Origin: Candidatus Aenigmatarchaeota archaeon
GTDB taxonomy: Archaea; Aenigmatarchaeota; Aenigmatarchaeia; GW2011-AR5
DNA: 64,000 nt
NCBI GenBank assembly: GCA_016193585.1
Contig: JACPRW010000006.1
Span: 293-64,292, forward strand
Reading direction: 5' to 3'
In this document: positions 29,548 to 38,286 of the stretch, piece after piece
How the letters are laid out: the number at the start of each line of letters is the position of its first letter
How positions within the stretch are numbered: position 1 is the first letter of the stretch
The notes under the pieces: generated by a model
The model's input: the letters and a program-made list of their open reading frames with translations, nothing else
The model's database searches: none
What the model was told of the DNA's origin: nothing
Position numbers and translations under genes: made by a program

Positions 29548-29800
29548 GCGCCATTCTATAGTGAACCAAGTAAACAATCATGTATTACATCTTGGTTCAC
29601 GTACACCCAAAAAGCAAAGCTTTTTGGTGCACCGGAAAACTTTGTTTTCCGCGTGTAGCGGACAACAAAAGTACTATGCCGGTATTCTTTTGTTGGTCCA
29701 CTATAACTCTGGTTTGTCCCCTTAAAACCTTGAAAAACGCATGTTGTATCAAATGACAGAATTTTGTATAAATATTTCTGTCACTTGCTGCAAGGAGATG
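29548..29800. repeat. Composite MITE (family R6) plus partial family R3 unit
   Basis: TAGTGAACCAAG...TTGGTCCACTA with TA flanks; similar to 2094-2245. Confidence 0.75.
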
Positions 29801-29866
29801 ACAGCACCACCTGAAAGCACCTTTATATACTACTTAAGAGTGAATACGTATAGAAACGGTGCTCAT

Positions 29867-30355
29867 ATGCGTGTTCGGAAGTACGTTAACCGGCAAACCG
29901 CTGCGCTCGGCATTGCAGCGCTTGGCGCAGCCGTTGCGCTGGTGTACGGGCCGCCGCAGCCGACACAACACGATGCACTCCCTGTCCAGGGAAACCGCTA
30001 CGAGCTGACACCCATACCACCATGGGACACGTCGGGCAGACAGAATCTCGCTATTCTCAAGTACCGCGTTGAAGGCGGCAGGTTTGTTCTTGATTGCGCC
30101 GATTATGTTCTCGGGTTCCCACCAGATCGTGTGAGAAATCAAGGCCTGACAGCAGAGGTTATCGGCGATCGAGGCATACTAAGATCGTATACCATAGACG
30201 ATCCGCGCGGCGTCGGCTACGATGCGCCGGTCGTGCTGACAGAATTTACGCTTGTTCTGCCTGTTCACGGAGTAAAAGAGAACATTGTGGGTATTTATGG
30301 CAAGGGGCAGCAACTGGCATACAACTGGCTATCTGACATAGCACCATGCCCTTGA
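29867..30355 (+). CDS. Secreted/membrane-anchored hypothetical protein
   Basis: MRVRKYVNRQTAALGIAALGAAVALVYG signal-anchor. Confidence 0.45.
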   Translation: MRVRKYVNRQTAALGIAALGAAVALVYGPPQPTQHDALPVQGNRYELTPIPPWDTSGRQNLAILKYRVEGGRFVLDCADYVLGFPPDRVRNQGLTAEVIGDRGILRSYTIDDPRGVGYDAPVVLTEFTLVLPVHGVKENIVGIYGKGQQLAYNWLSDIAPCP

Positions 30356-30532
30356 TAATCCAGCGTATCCCCTCATGAATCCGATTGTAGGTTACTACTT
30401 TCTTTAAATAGTTTCTTCTGCGAAAATGGGTACAAGGCTAGGATGAAGGATTATGGAAGGGGTTTCTTCTTTTATTGTCTTCATTATTCTTCTTTTCTAG
30501 CCTGACTACAATACAGTAGAGGTGCTACGGAC

Positions 30533-30961
30533 ATGAGAGAACGAAGAGGTTTCAGCCGCGGTGGCGGCGGTGGAGGTTTCGGAGGCGGCGGCTTCAGGGG
30601 CGGAGGCGGATTTCGGGATGACTTCGACAAGCCAAAGCCGGTAAAGCTCGGCGAGGAATACGACGTGGAAATCACCGATGTCGGCGCGAAAGGCGACGGC
30701 ATCACGAAGGTAGAGAACTTCATCGTGTTCGTCCCGAACGGGAAGAAAGGCGAGCACTGCCGCATCAAAATCAAGGAAGTCGCCAGCAGGTTCGCCATCG
30801 GCGAGAAAGTCGGCGAGGGCAAGAAGCAATCGCTGGACGAGGAAGAAACGCCTGAATCCGGTGAAACGGAATCATCCGATGAAAAGGAATCGTCGGACGA
30901 AGGCGCAGAAGCATCTTCCGAAGACGACTACCAGGAAGTCGGGGAAAGCGAGGAAGAGTAG
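30533..30961 (+). CDS. TRAM-domain protein with N-terminal RGG/Gly-rich region and acidic C-terminal tail
   Basis: GEEYDVEITDVGAKGDGITKVENFIVFVPNGKKGEHCRIKIKEV (TRAM fold). Confidence 0.75.
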   Translation: MRERRGFSRGGGGGGFGGGGFRGGGGFRDDFDKPKPVKLGEEYDVEITDVGAKGDGITKVENFIVFVPNGKKGEHCRIKIKEVASRFAIGEKVGEGKKQSLDEEETPESGETESSDEKESSDEGAEASSEDDYQEVGESEEE

Positions 30962-30963
30962 CG

Positions 30964-30992
30964 CCTCCCCGCGCTTTTTTATTTTTTTCAAT
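30964..30992 (+). terminator. Oligo-T tract (archaeal-type terminator) after TRAM gene
   Basis: gcgcTTTTTTaTTTTTTTc immediately after stop. Confidence 0.4.
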
Positions 30993-31106
30993 CTTTTCTT
31001 GACTTGAGAGAATGAAATCCCCCTTGTTTCCTTGCGGATTTCTTTCCGAATCCCCTAAGAGAGTTTTCTGAGGAATTCGAAAATAAAAGATAAGAAAAAA
31101 TATCGC

Positions 31107-31385
31107 TTACCCGAATACTTTAGCGATTCTGTCCAACAGCTCATCAGGATTCAAGCCTGTTTTCTGCTGGAATTGAGGATCCAGCGCTGCTCTCCCCGAA
31201 TACGTGAATTCCCGATCCGTTGCATACTGGCCAACTATCTCGTCTCCCATGAGAATGTTTCCTGGTTCTCGGTAATTTCCAGACCATCGCGCCGTCAATT
31301 GCGGAGGGAGCATTGCTTTCACTGCACTATCCAATCGCCGAGGCTCAGCTGATATCACATCCCTGATATATGGCGTGCTTGTCAT
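31107..31385 (-). CDS. Hypothetical protein
   Basis: 92-aa ORF. Confidence 0.3.
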   Translation of the reverse strand: MTSTPYIRDVISAEPRRLDSAVKAMLPPQLTARWSGNYREPGNILMGDEIVGQYATDREFTYSGRAALDPQFQQKTGLNPDELLDRIAKVFG

Positions 31386-31519
31386 TTTACCACCTCATAT
31401 TTATTACTTATTAATAGTAAATATTAGTATATAAAGTTATCTGTGCACTCCGCATACTTTCCCGTAGGCAACGAAATTGCATCTCCTTGCCTTGGTATTA
31501 AAAATATCGCTCTTCCCCT

Positions 31520-31800
31520 TTATAGCTGACCAACTTAATATTCAGGTATTACACAAGTTGGTCACCTATAGTGAACCAAGTTATAGATAATTGCGCAGCT
31601 TATGTCGTATTAACGCGCAATTTTCTATAGGTGAATTGCAAATAATATCAGGACATATAGTGAACCAAGTAAATAATCAGGTATTGTATCTTGGTTCACT
31701 TATAGCGGACAACAAAAGTAATATGTCGGTATTCTTTTGTTGGTCCACTATAACCAGTGCAATTCACCATATAATATCCGGATTCTTTACTTGGTTAACT
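31520..31800. repeat. Nested mosaic of palindromic MITEs (families R6, H3 aattgcgc..gcgcaatt, H4 ggtgaattgca..tgcaattcacc); a 113-bp R6 element (31638-31750) is inserted inside the H4 loop
   Basis: Uninterrupted H4 copies at 49711-49754 and 55401-55444 give the empty site ggacaTAaccag; TA duplicated at 31636-37 and 31751-52. Confidence 0.8.
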
Positions 31801-32578
31801 ATAACTGACTGATACAAAAACATGCTCCGTTAGAAAGAAATTCAAATATTTTGTTGCATCGCTGTTTCTGTTGTTGTATTTGTTTTCGTATAAAGAAACG
31901 TACAAATGCAGGTTCTTTTTGCACACGCCTTTGAACATCTCAAGAAAATGTCTCAATCCCTGAAACGCTCCTTCTATGGTGTTCGTATGAACGTCTCCAC
32001 GCACGTATTCTTTTAGCGAGTGATTGGCAGTGGCGTGTCTGTATCCTTTTTTCTTCAGCGAATTGTAATAGTAAAGAACATTGATTTTGGAACATTTTAT
32101 GATGTTCTTTCCCTATAGCAGATTGCAGCTAAAAGTTCCATTATTATTACAATCTGCTATAAGCTGTGAAATCGTCTGTGTACACAGACGATTTTTTGTC
32201 AATTCTTTTCGGCACTTTGTTAACGCTTCTCTTTCGCATGTTTGGCAAAACCCGCAATGTAATCTTTCCTTTTCTCTCCACGCTGCCAACAATCGGCGGC
32301 TTGTCTTTGTCGTATGTCCCGCGTCCGCGCAATTTCAGGCCGCGTTTTCTAGGCGGCCTTTTGAGCGTTTTGGAGCCTTTTTCGCCTGCTGCGATGTACA
32401 TCTCGTCGATTTCCACTTTTCCGGAAAGCGTTTCCAAGAAACGCTTTTCATAAACGTTGTTCATGATTTTCTTCGCTATTGTGTGGATGTTCTTGTACTC
32501 CCTGCCAAGCTCCTGGGTTATCTTGTTTATGGAAATTCCGCGTTTCAATTCCTTTGCAATGTAAACCCATTCCCGCAA
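31795..32578 (-). pseudogene. IS1595-family (ISXO2-like) transposase gene interrupted by a 92-bp MITE
   Basis: N-part ...VEIDEMYIAAGEKG...VYTDDFTAY | insertion | NSLKKKGYRHATANHSLKEYVRGDVHTNTIEGAFQ... C-part; removing 32068-32159 plus one TA restores an uninterrupted YTDDFTAYNSLKKKGY frame across the junction. Confidence 0.75.
32068..32159. mobile_element. MITE (family R1) inserted into IS1595-family transposase ORF with TA target-site duplication
   Basis: TA at 32066-67 and 32160-61; element termini ATAG...GCTA; deletion restores reading frame. Confidence 0.8.
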
Positions 32579-32791
32579 AGGAATTTTTGAGGCATCAAAA
32601 ATAGTTCCGGTCCTTTCTGTAAAAGATTTTCCGCAACTTCTATTACCCGTTAGCCTACGCGAGGATGACGCAAGGCGAACGAAACGTCCGCTGGCGTAGG
32701 AGAACCTCCGGTTCTCCTCACGTAGGCGACTTTTTCAACAAAGCCAATCGTGCAAGAATCTTTATATACTTTATATTAATATCATATTAAG

Positions 32792-33037
32792 GTGATGTAT
32801 ATGCCGCAGGCTATCGTGCGGATATCCGACAAGGCGAACAGGGTGCTGAATATTGTCAAAGCAAAATATGGATTACGCGATAAGTCCGAAGCCATAAACG
32901 TGGTGATAGAGGAATACGAAGCGGAGGTGATGGAACCGGAGCTTCGCCCTGAATACATCGAGAAGCTGGAGAAGATACGAAAAGAGAAGCCCATTAGGAT
33001 AGGAACGGCAAAAGACCTTAGAAAAAGGTACAAATGA
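32792..33037 (+). CDS. Ribbon-helix-helix (CopG-like) antitoxin
   Basis: IVRISDKANRVLNIVKAKYGLRDKSEAINVVIEEY beta-alpha-alpha pattern; 4-nt overlap with downstream toxin. Confidence 0.6.
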   Translation: MMYMPQAIVRISDKANRVLNIVKAKYGLRDKSEAINVVIEEYEAEVMEPELRPEYIEKLEKIRKEKPIRIGTAKDLRKRYK

Positions 33038-33303
33038 TGTACACGCTCTATATACGACCTTCACTGGATGAAAAATTAAGCAAACTTGCGGGAAGGAGTA
33101 GAAAGCAGTTTACGATAATCATGAAAAAGACGGAAGAAATACTACAGAGGCCGCATCATTACAAAAACTTGCATGCACCGTTGCAGCACCTGAAAAGAGT
33201 CCATATTGACAAGAGTTTTGTTCTGACATTTTCTATCGATGAAAAACGAAAGACGATAATCTTAGAAGATTACGACCACCACGACAAAATCTACAGAGGA
33301 TAG
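33034..33303 (+). CDS. RelE/ParE-family toxin
   Basis: ...LHAPLQHLKRVHIDKSFVLTFSIDEKRKTIILEDYDHHDKIY typical ParE/RelE C-terminal pattern. Confidence 0.65.
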   Translation: MMYTLYIRPSLDEKLSKLAGRSRKQFTIIMKKTEEILQRPHHYKNLHAPLQHLKRVHIDKSFVLTFSIDEKRKTIILEDYDHHDKIYRG

Positions 33304-33305
33304 CT

Positions 33306-33671
33306 ATGCAGCAAATCCTTCTCGACACCAACGTCCTGCTCCTGCCGGTGCAGCGCAAGGTTGACATTTTCGACGAGCTCAGGGATGCTGAGCTGCTCGT
33401 CTTGGCGAGCAGCATCAGGGAACTGGAGCAGCTGTCCAAGGGAAAAGGCAGGCCAGGAGCGCAGGCAAAAGCCACGCTGCAGCTGCTCCGCAGCAGGAAT
33501 ATCAGCATCCTACCGACAAAACTGCGGGGCGACAGCGCGATAATGCAGTATGCGCGCGCCAACCCGTCGGTGACCGTGGCGACCAACGACAAACAACTTA
33601 TTAAAGCATTGCAGGCGAAAGGGATTACCATCCTGCGCCTGAGGCAGAAGAAATACTTTATCGAGGAGTGA
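33306..33671 (+). CDS. PIN-domain protein (Fcf1/COG1412-like housekeeping PIN; VapC-like alternative)
   Basis: ILLDTNVLL ... VATNDKQLIKALQAKGITILRLRQKKY; starts 3 nt after ParE-like gene. Confidence 0.6.
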   Translation: MQQILLDTNVLLLPVQRKVDIFDELRDAELLVLASSIRELEQLSKGKGRPGAQAKATLQLLRSRNISILPTKLRGDSAIMQYARANPSVTVATNDKQLIKALQAKGITILRLRQKKYFIEE

Positions 33672-33774
33672 TGTTTGCGGTTCCTGTCGGAGGTGATAGG
33701 AACTGACTACATTCCAGCTTCGGAGAAGCTGATAAACACGAAGTGTTTATGGATAAAATGAATGGGTTCCTATT

Positions 33775-34299
33775 ATGGACATGAAGAAAGACGTGCCGCT
33801 TGGCAGGAAATCGCCTGACATCGTCAATGTTATCGTTGAAGTCCCTCTGGGAAGCCACGACAAGATTGAGTATGACGAAGAGCTGCACGTCTTTAAAGTC
33901 GACCGGACGCTCTACTCGCGGCTGACCTATCCGGGCAACTACGGCTTCCTGCCCCAGACGCTCGCCGGCGACGGCGACCCTCTCGATTGTATAATATTAG
34001 CGAACTGGCCGCTCTATCCCGGCGTTGCGGTCGCGGTGCGGCCGGTCGGCATGCTCGTCACCAAAGACGAGAAAGGGGAGGACGAGAAGCTGCTCGGCGT
34101 GCCTGACAAAGACCCGCGGTTCAGCGGCATCAAGGACATCGGCGACGTCGCCGAGCACACGAAGTCAGAAATAGCCCATTTCTTCGAGCAGTACAAGGCG
34201 CTCGAGCCCGGCAAGTGGGTCAAGGTGACCGGATGGCAGAACGCGGCTGACGCGAAACAACTCATCACGGAAGCGCATGCGGCGTTCAGGAAGCACTAG
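33775..34299 (+). CDS. ppa: Inorganic pyrophosphatase
   Basis: DGDPLDCIIL and family-I PPase motifs, 174 aa. Confidence 0.9.
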   Translation: MDMKKDVPLGRKSPDIVNVIVEVPLGSHDKIEYDEELHVFKVDRTLYSRLTYPGNYGFLPQTLAGDGDPLDCIILANWPLYPGVAVAVRPVGMLVTKDEKGEDEKLLGVPDKDPRFSGIKDIGDVAEHTKSEIAHFFEQYKALEPGKWVKVTGWQNAADAKQLITEAHAAFRKH

Positions 34300-34404
34300 C
34301 TGCATTCCCGATACGATTATATGCTTTTTATGCGTTTGCCCCACTATATTTATTCACTTTGCCGGCTAGTCTTTTGACTGCCCGCTTGTCATGGTGTTTT
34401 TGCA

Positions 34405-34959
34405 ATGTTCAAAATCATAACGGTCAAGGATGAAGTCCGCGTCCTGCCGACAAAATTCGGTCTCGAGCTCAACGATGCCATCAAGGAAAGCCTGCAGGAA
34501 ACCATCGAAGGCAAGCTCAATCCCGACATCGGCGTATTCCTCGCGGTGACCGAAATACTGAACATTGGAGAGGGGAAGATAATCCCCGAGGACGGGGCCA
34601 TCTACTATCCAGCCGAATTCAAGGTGCTCACCTACCGTCCTGAACTGAACGAGGTGGTATACGGCGAGGTCGTCGACATCACCGAGTTTGGCGCGTTCAC
34701 GCGCATCGGGCCGATAGACGCGCTCGTCCACGTGTCGCAGGTCATGGACGACAAGATAAGCTACGACCCGAAGAACGCGATATTCACCGGCAAGAAAAAC
34801 GGCTACAAGCTCCGCGAGGGAGACCTTGTCCGTTCCCGCATCGTCGGCGTGTCGCTCGGGAAAGGGCGGAACAAGATTTCGCTCACCATGCGCCAGCCGT
34901 GCCTCGGCAGCCTTGACTGGATAGACAAGGAGAAGAAAAAGAAGAAGGAGAAAAAATAG
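34405..34959 (+). CDS. rpoE: DNA-directed RNA polymerase subunit E' (Rpo7)
   Basis: N-terminal Rpb7-like fold plus S1 domain (GEVVDITEFGAFTRIGPIDALVHVSQV). Confidence 0.8.
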   Translation: MFKIITVKDEVRVLPTKFGLELNDAIKESLQETIEGKLNPDIGVFLAVTEILNIGEGKIIPEDGAIYYPAEFKVLTYRPELNEVVYGEVVDITEFGAFTRIGPIDALVHVSQVMDDKISYDPKNAIFTGKKNGYKLREGDLVRSRIVGVSLGKGRNKISLTMRQPCLGSLDWIDKEKKKKKEKK

Positions 34960-34977
34960 TTTTTCAAGGGGATACAC

Positions 34978-35244
34978 ATGACAACGGCACGGGAAATGAA
35001 TGCAGGCATGGGTGATATTTTGATTGCACGGACGCCCAACGGCTATAGGCGCGGGCGTACAGCTTACGCACACGGTGTTGTGGGGGCAAACAACACCTAT
35101 ATGCTGGTGGTACCTATCCAAGAAGGCGCCCCGTGGAGCGGCGAGCCGAGTATCATACCGGTGGCTGCTGACTTTTGGAAATCAAAAATAGGGGCAGACC
35201 TGCCCTCCTGTTTTGTGTACCGCAAGGAACATGGTGTTTCGTAA
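34978..35244 (+). CDS. Hypothetical ORF between rpoE' and spt4
   Basis: 88-aa ORF filling the gap; no motif. Confidence 0.2.
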   Translation: MTTAREMNAGMGDILIARTPNGYRRGRTAYAHGVVGANNTYMLVVPIQEGAPWSGEPSIIPVAADFWKSKIGADLPSCFVYRKEHGVS

Positions 35245-35420
35245 TGGCCCGACGCGCATGCAAAACGTGCAAACGCATCGTGAAGACGAACCAGTGCCCG
35301 GTCTGCAAAGCCGAGACGACGACGAACTTCCAAGGAGCTGTCGTCATCATCGATGCTGAATCAGAACTCGCCAAAAAACTTGGCATCACCGCGCCGGGCA
35401 CGTACGCAATCAAGGTGTGA
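35245..35420 (+). CDS. spt4: Transcription elongation factor Spt4 (RpoE'')
   Basis: MARRACKTCKRIVKTNQCPVCKAE zinc ribbon, about 58 aa, conserved position after rpoE'. Confidence 0.75.
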
Positions 35421-35638
35421 GCATGACCGAAGCATACAGGCGCGAAAAACTTCCCTGGCCCCCATCAGAAGGAGCCCGTGCCATTCTCCGGCTCGGAAGG
35501 GATGCACTGCATGTTACTGTCCGTGTCACACGCGTTAACGACGGGATATTGTACGAAGGGCTCAGTGGTGGCGGGCTGTATCTCCTCACTCCTGAAAGCG
35601 AATTGTACGCCGGCGAGTTATGTACTGCTACAAGGTAA
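35417..35638 (+). CDS. Hypothetical protein
   Basis: 73-aa ORF overlapping spt4 stop. Confidence 0.3.
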   Translation: MSMTEAYRREKLPWPPSEGARAILRLGRDALHVTVRVTRVNDGILYEGLSGGGLYLLTPESELYAGELCTATR

Positions 35639-35645
35639 TTGACGA

Positions 35646-35960
35646 ATGAAGCTTGAAATTTCAGAGGAGCGGGCGAACCCGCTACTGAAGCGGACGGAGC
35701 TGGTCGTTGCCATAGAGCACGGCAGCGAAGCGACGCCGTCGAAGGCAGCGCTCCAGCAGCTGCTCGCCAAGCATCTCAAGAAGGACGTTGCGCACATTGA
35801 TATACGGAACATCTTTTCGCTCGGCGGCACAGCCCAGTCGCACGCGAAGGTGTTCGTCTGGCAGGAAAAAATGGCAAAGGACCTCTCGAAACCGGCAGAA
35901 AAGAAGGAAGCAATGAAGCAGGAAGGCGGCCAGCCGCCTGCTCCAGCAACGAACGCATAA
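35646..35960 (+). CDS. rps24e: Ribosomal protein S24e
   Basis: NPLLKRTELVVAIEHGSEATPSKAALQQLLAKHL pattern of S24e. Confidence 0.8.
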   Translation: MKLEISEERANPLLKRTELVVAIEHGSEATPSKAALQQLLAKHLKKDVAHIDIRNIFSLGGTAQSHAKVFVWQEKMAKDLSKPAEKKEAMKQEGGQPPAPATNA

Positions 35961-35968
35961 GGTGAACA

Positions 35969-36286
35969 TTGATGGCAAAAGCTCCAGCACCGAAAAAGGA
36001 AGCGCCTGCACCGGCTGCGCCGGCGAAGGGAGGGAAACCAGCTCCTGCAGCAGAGCCGGCGCCTGCACCGAAAGAGAAGAAGGAGAAGAAGTCGCAGAAG
36101 GAGCGGCCGAAGTCGAAGAAGAAGCACACCAAGGTGCAGGTGTGGAAGCTCTACGACGTGAAGGGCGGCGCGCTCACGCGCAAGAACCAGGCATGCCCGC
36201 GCTGCGGTCCGGGTACGTTCCTCGCATCGTACAAAAATAGGAAGTACTGCGGCAAGTGCGGCTTTGCCGAGATTCAGAAGGTCTAG
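35969..36286 (+). CDS. rps27ae: Ribosomal protein S27ae with Ala/Pro/Lys-rich N-terminal extension
   Basis: C-terminal CPRCGPGTFLASYKNRKYCGKCGF zinc ribbon. Confidence 0.8.
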   Translation: MMAKAPAPKKEAPAPAAPAKGGKPAPAAEPAPAPKEKKEKKSQKERPKSKKKHTKVQVWKLYDVKGGALTRKNQACPRCGPGTFLASYKNRKYCGKCGFAEIQKV

Positions 36287-36412
36287 TTCAGGCTTTTCCC
36301 ACTATTGCAAAATATCCATGAGGAGTTTGCGCATTATTGTTTTCAGCACGAAGGAAATTAAGAGAATGAGCCTAAATAGGCATCTGCACAAAAATTCAGA
36401 TAGGTGTAGTGT

Positions 36413-36757
36413 ATGACAAAGACGGGAAGAAGTACTCCGGGAACCCTTGATACGATACCAAAACCAGAAATTTCTCAGAGAGCACTCAGAAGCTACTTAG
36501 GAGATAAAACAATGGAATCATGGGAACTATACGGCTTACCATCCAGAAGCAGGGGCGTTAACAGAACTGGCGTGTTTTTTGGCGGCAGGGACTTCATGAC
36601 CAACCAGCCGACATTTTTTAGCAACGTGCCAGGAGAGCCATACCCGATACCGTCGGTATACAAGACGGGAATGTCAACCATCACATCATCCGTAGAAGAG
36701 GAGACAGGAGACGGCCCTGAGATAGATGTAGTCTACACGTTGCGGTTGCTGGAGTAA
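36413..36757 (+). CDS. Hypothetical protein
   Basis: 114-aa ORF. Confidence 0.3.
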   Translation: MTKTGRSTPGTLDTIPKPEISQRALRSYLGDKTMESWELYGLPSRSRGVNRTGVFFGGRDFMTNQPTFFSNVPGEPYPIPSVYKTGMSTITSSVEEETGDGPEIDVVYTLRLLE

Positions 36758-36814
36758 TCTGAACTGTTGCTGTGACGCTTGTGAAAACCTATTTGAAACT
36801 TTTTCATGCTGTCG

Positions 36815-36920
36815 GTTATAGCTCTACAAGGAAACAAACAGGATATTATTTCCTTGTGAGCTATAGGTGAAACCAGTTGTAACATATCCAGATTATTTAC
36901 TGGTTTCACTATAACAACTA
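36815..36920. repeat. Palindromic hairpin repeats (agctctacaaggaaa..tttccttgtgagct; ggtgaaaccag..ctggtttcac) with TATAG/CTATA flanks
   Basis: Direct reading; related to units at 55196 and 88-268. Confidence 0.7.
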
Positions 36921-36937
36921 TTTAAGAAAACTGCATG

Positions 36938-37513
36938 TCACAACGTTAGTTTATAGAAGATCGTGTCCCCAAAACCCGGCAAATCATCCGGTAACTTCTC
37001 GATTCTTTCAAATCCGTTTTTCTTATAGAATTTGTTTGCCGCACCCATGCCTTCAATTGTTCCCAAGAATATTACTTTAATACCTGAGGCTCTGGCATAT
37101 TTTACAGCAGTGCCCAGCAATCTTTTTGCCAAGCCGCTCCCGCGATATTCCTTATCAACATACATCCTTTTTAGATAACCCCGCTTATTGCCGTAATTTA
37201 TAATAGCAACAGAACCAATGACCTTATTGTTTTCAACTGCAATCCAGAAATTGCTCCCGCCTTCCTGATAAACACTTCTGATAGCATCGAGATCTGGCCT
37301 TTCAAAAGTATCCAAACCGAATTCTTCGATTAGTATTCTTAGAATAAATTTTTTTGTTTGCGCCTTGTACAAATCATTATACTCTATTATTTTAGCCATA
37401 TTCCAATTACTGGCGAGAAGCATTAAAATTCTTTTGAAATGCTGCAAAAGCAATTCTAAGGGATTTTCGGCAGTGGCTCGCCATGCAAGCGTCTCAGAGG
37501 TTGTAGAAAACAA
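36938..37513 (-). CDS. GNAT family N-acetyltransferase
   Basis: RGSGLAKRLL / acetyl-CoA binding motif A-like. Confidence 0.75.
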   Translation of the reverse strand: MFSTTSETLAWRATAENPLELLLQHFKRILMLLASNWNMAKIIEYNDLYKAQTKKFILRILIEEFGLDTFERPDLDAIRSVYQEGGSNFWIAVENNKVIGSVAIINYGNKRGYLKRMYVDKEYRGSGLAKRLLGTAVKYARASGIKVIFLGTIEGMGAANKFYKKNGFERIEKLPDDLPGFGDTIFYKLTL

Positions 37514-37514
37514 T

Positions 37515-37853
37515 TTACCCGACGTACGGCTGGTTCTGCCTCATCCGGGGGATGCTCTGCTGGACGTTCCGCTTCTTGTGGTGGTCCTTGTACGTGCCCC
37601 ACATGTTCTTTGCTACGGCGCCTTTCAGGACCTTGACAACGGTCATCTTCGGCACGGGCCTGTTCGCCATTGGCCGGTAGTCAACGAGCACGATGTCGTC
37701 CTTCTTCACCTTGTCGCCGAGATGCGGCTCGACAAGGACGGTGATGAGATTGTCATCCCACATCTCAAGCATCACCTGCGTGCTGTTGTCCACAGCCTCG
37801 ATAGCCTTGTCCTTTGAGTTGAATATTTCGATAACTTTGCCGGGATGATACAC
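37515..37853 (-). CDS. Hypothetical protein
   Basis: 112-aa ORF abutting GNAT gene. Confidence 0.35.
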   Translation of the reverse strand: MYHPGKVIEIFNSKDKAIEAVDNSTQVMLEMWDDNLITVLVEPHLGDKVKKDDIVLVDYRPMANRPVPKMTVVKVLKGAVAKNMWGTYKDHHKKRNVQQSIPRMRQNQPYVG

Positions 37854-37861
37854 GCTATCAC

Positions 37862-37960
37862 AACAGATATAGCAGGTGACAGAACTATTCAGACAACGTT
37901 CTGTCCTTGCTGCAAGGAGATGACATTAGGAACTGTATGAAAACTAATGCCATCGACTAG
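37862..37960. repeat. Palindromic MITE, family R3
   Basis: See 14690-14790. Confidence 0.75.
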
Positions 37961-38053
37961 AGTATCGTGTGAAACAAACCTTTTAAAGAGCATTTCCAGA
38001 ACAACACATGCCTACCAATTAATTTAATTACTGCCATCATGCAATAAGTATAC

Positions 38054-38248
38054 ATGACGGATGTATTCGGTCCCCTCCTTGACATGTCATTCCTGTGGGT
38101 GGTGGTCGCCATCGTGCTTCTCGGCACGATTGGCGAGCTTTTTTCGTACGGGAGGCGCCGCGACGTGCTGAAAAAAGACCGGCGTCTTTGTTTCACGTGT
38201 TTCGTTTTCTTCAAAGGCTCCAGGTGCCCGAAGTGCAGGGACTGGTAA
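38054..38248 (+). CDS. Small membrane protein with C-terminal CxxC...CxxC zinc-ribbon
   Basis: TM helix WVVVAIVLLGTIGELF; CFTCF...CPKC. Confidence 0.4.
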   Translation: MTDVFGPLLDMSFLWVVVAIVLLGTIGELFSYGRRRDVLKKDRRLCFTCFVFFKGSRCPKCRDW

Positions 38249-38286
38249 CTGCTTCATTATAAAATCTTTATGCACTATGTCTACGC

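Noticed and set aside
30533-30961. TRAM protein Gly/Arg-rich N-terminus as a tandem-repeat or frameshift artefact
   Set aside because: RGG-rich N-terminal tails are common in archaeal TRAM/RNA-binding proteins, and the reading frame is continuous.
32640-32735. Possible box C/D sRNA or riboswitch in the long hairpin upstream of the RHH antitoxin
   Set aside because: There is a GATGAC but no matching CTGA D-box or k-turn arrangement. More likely an IS end or an operator palindrome. Kept only as a low-interest note.
34978-35244. 88-aa ORF between rpoE' and spt4 as a conserved operon member
   Set aside because: No similarity to known rpoE-operon proteins. Retained only as a low-confidence CDS.
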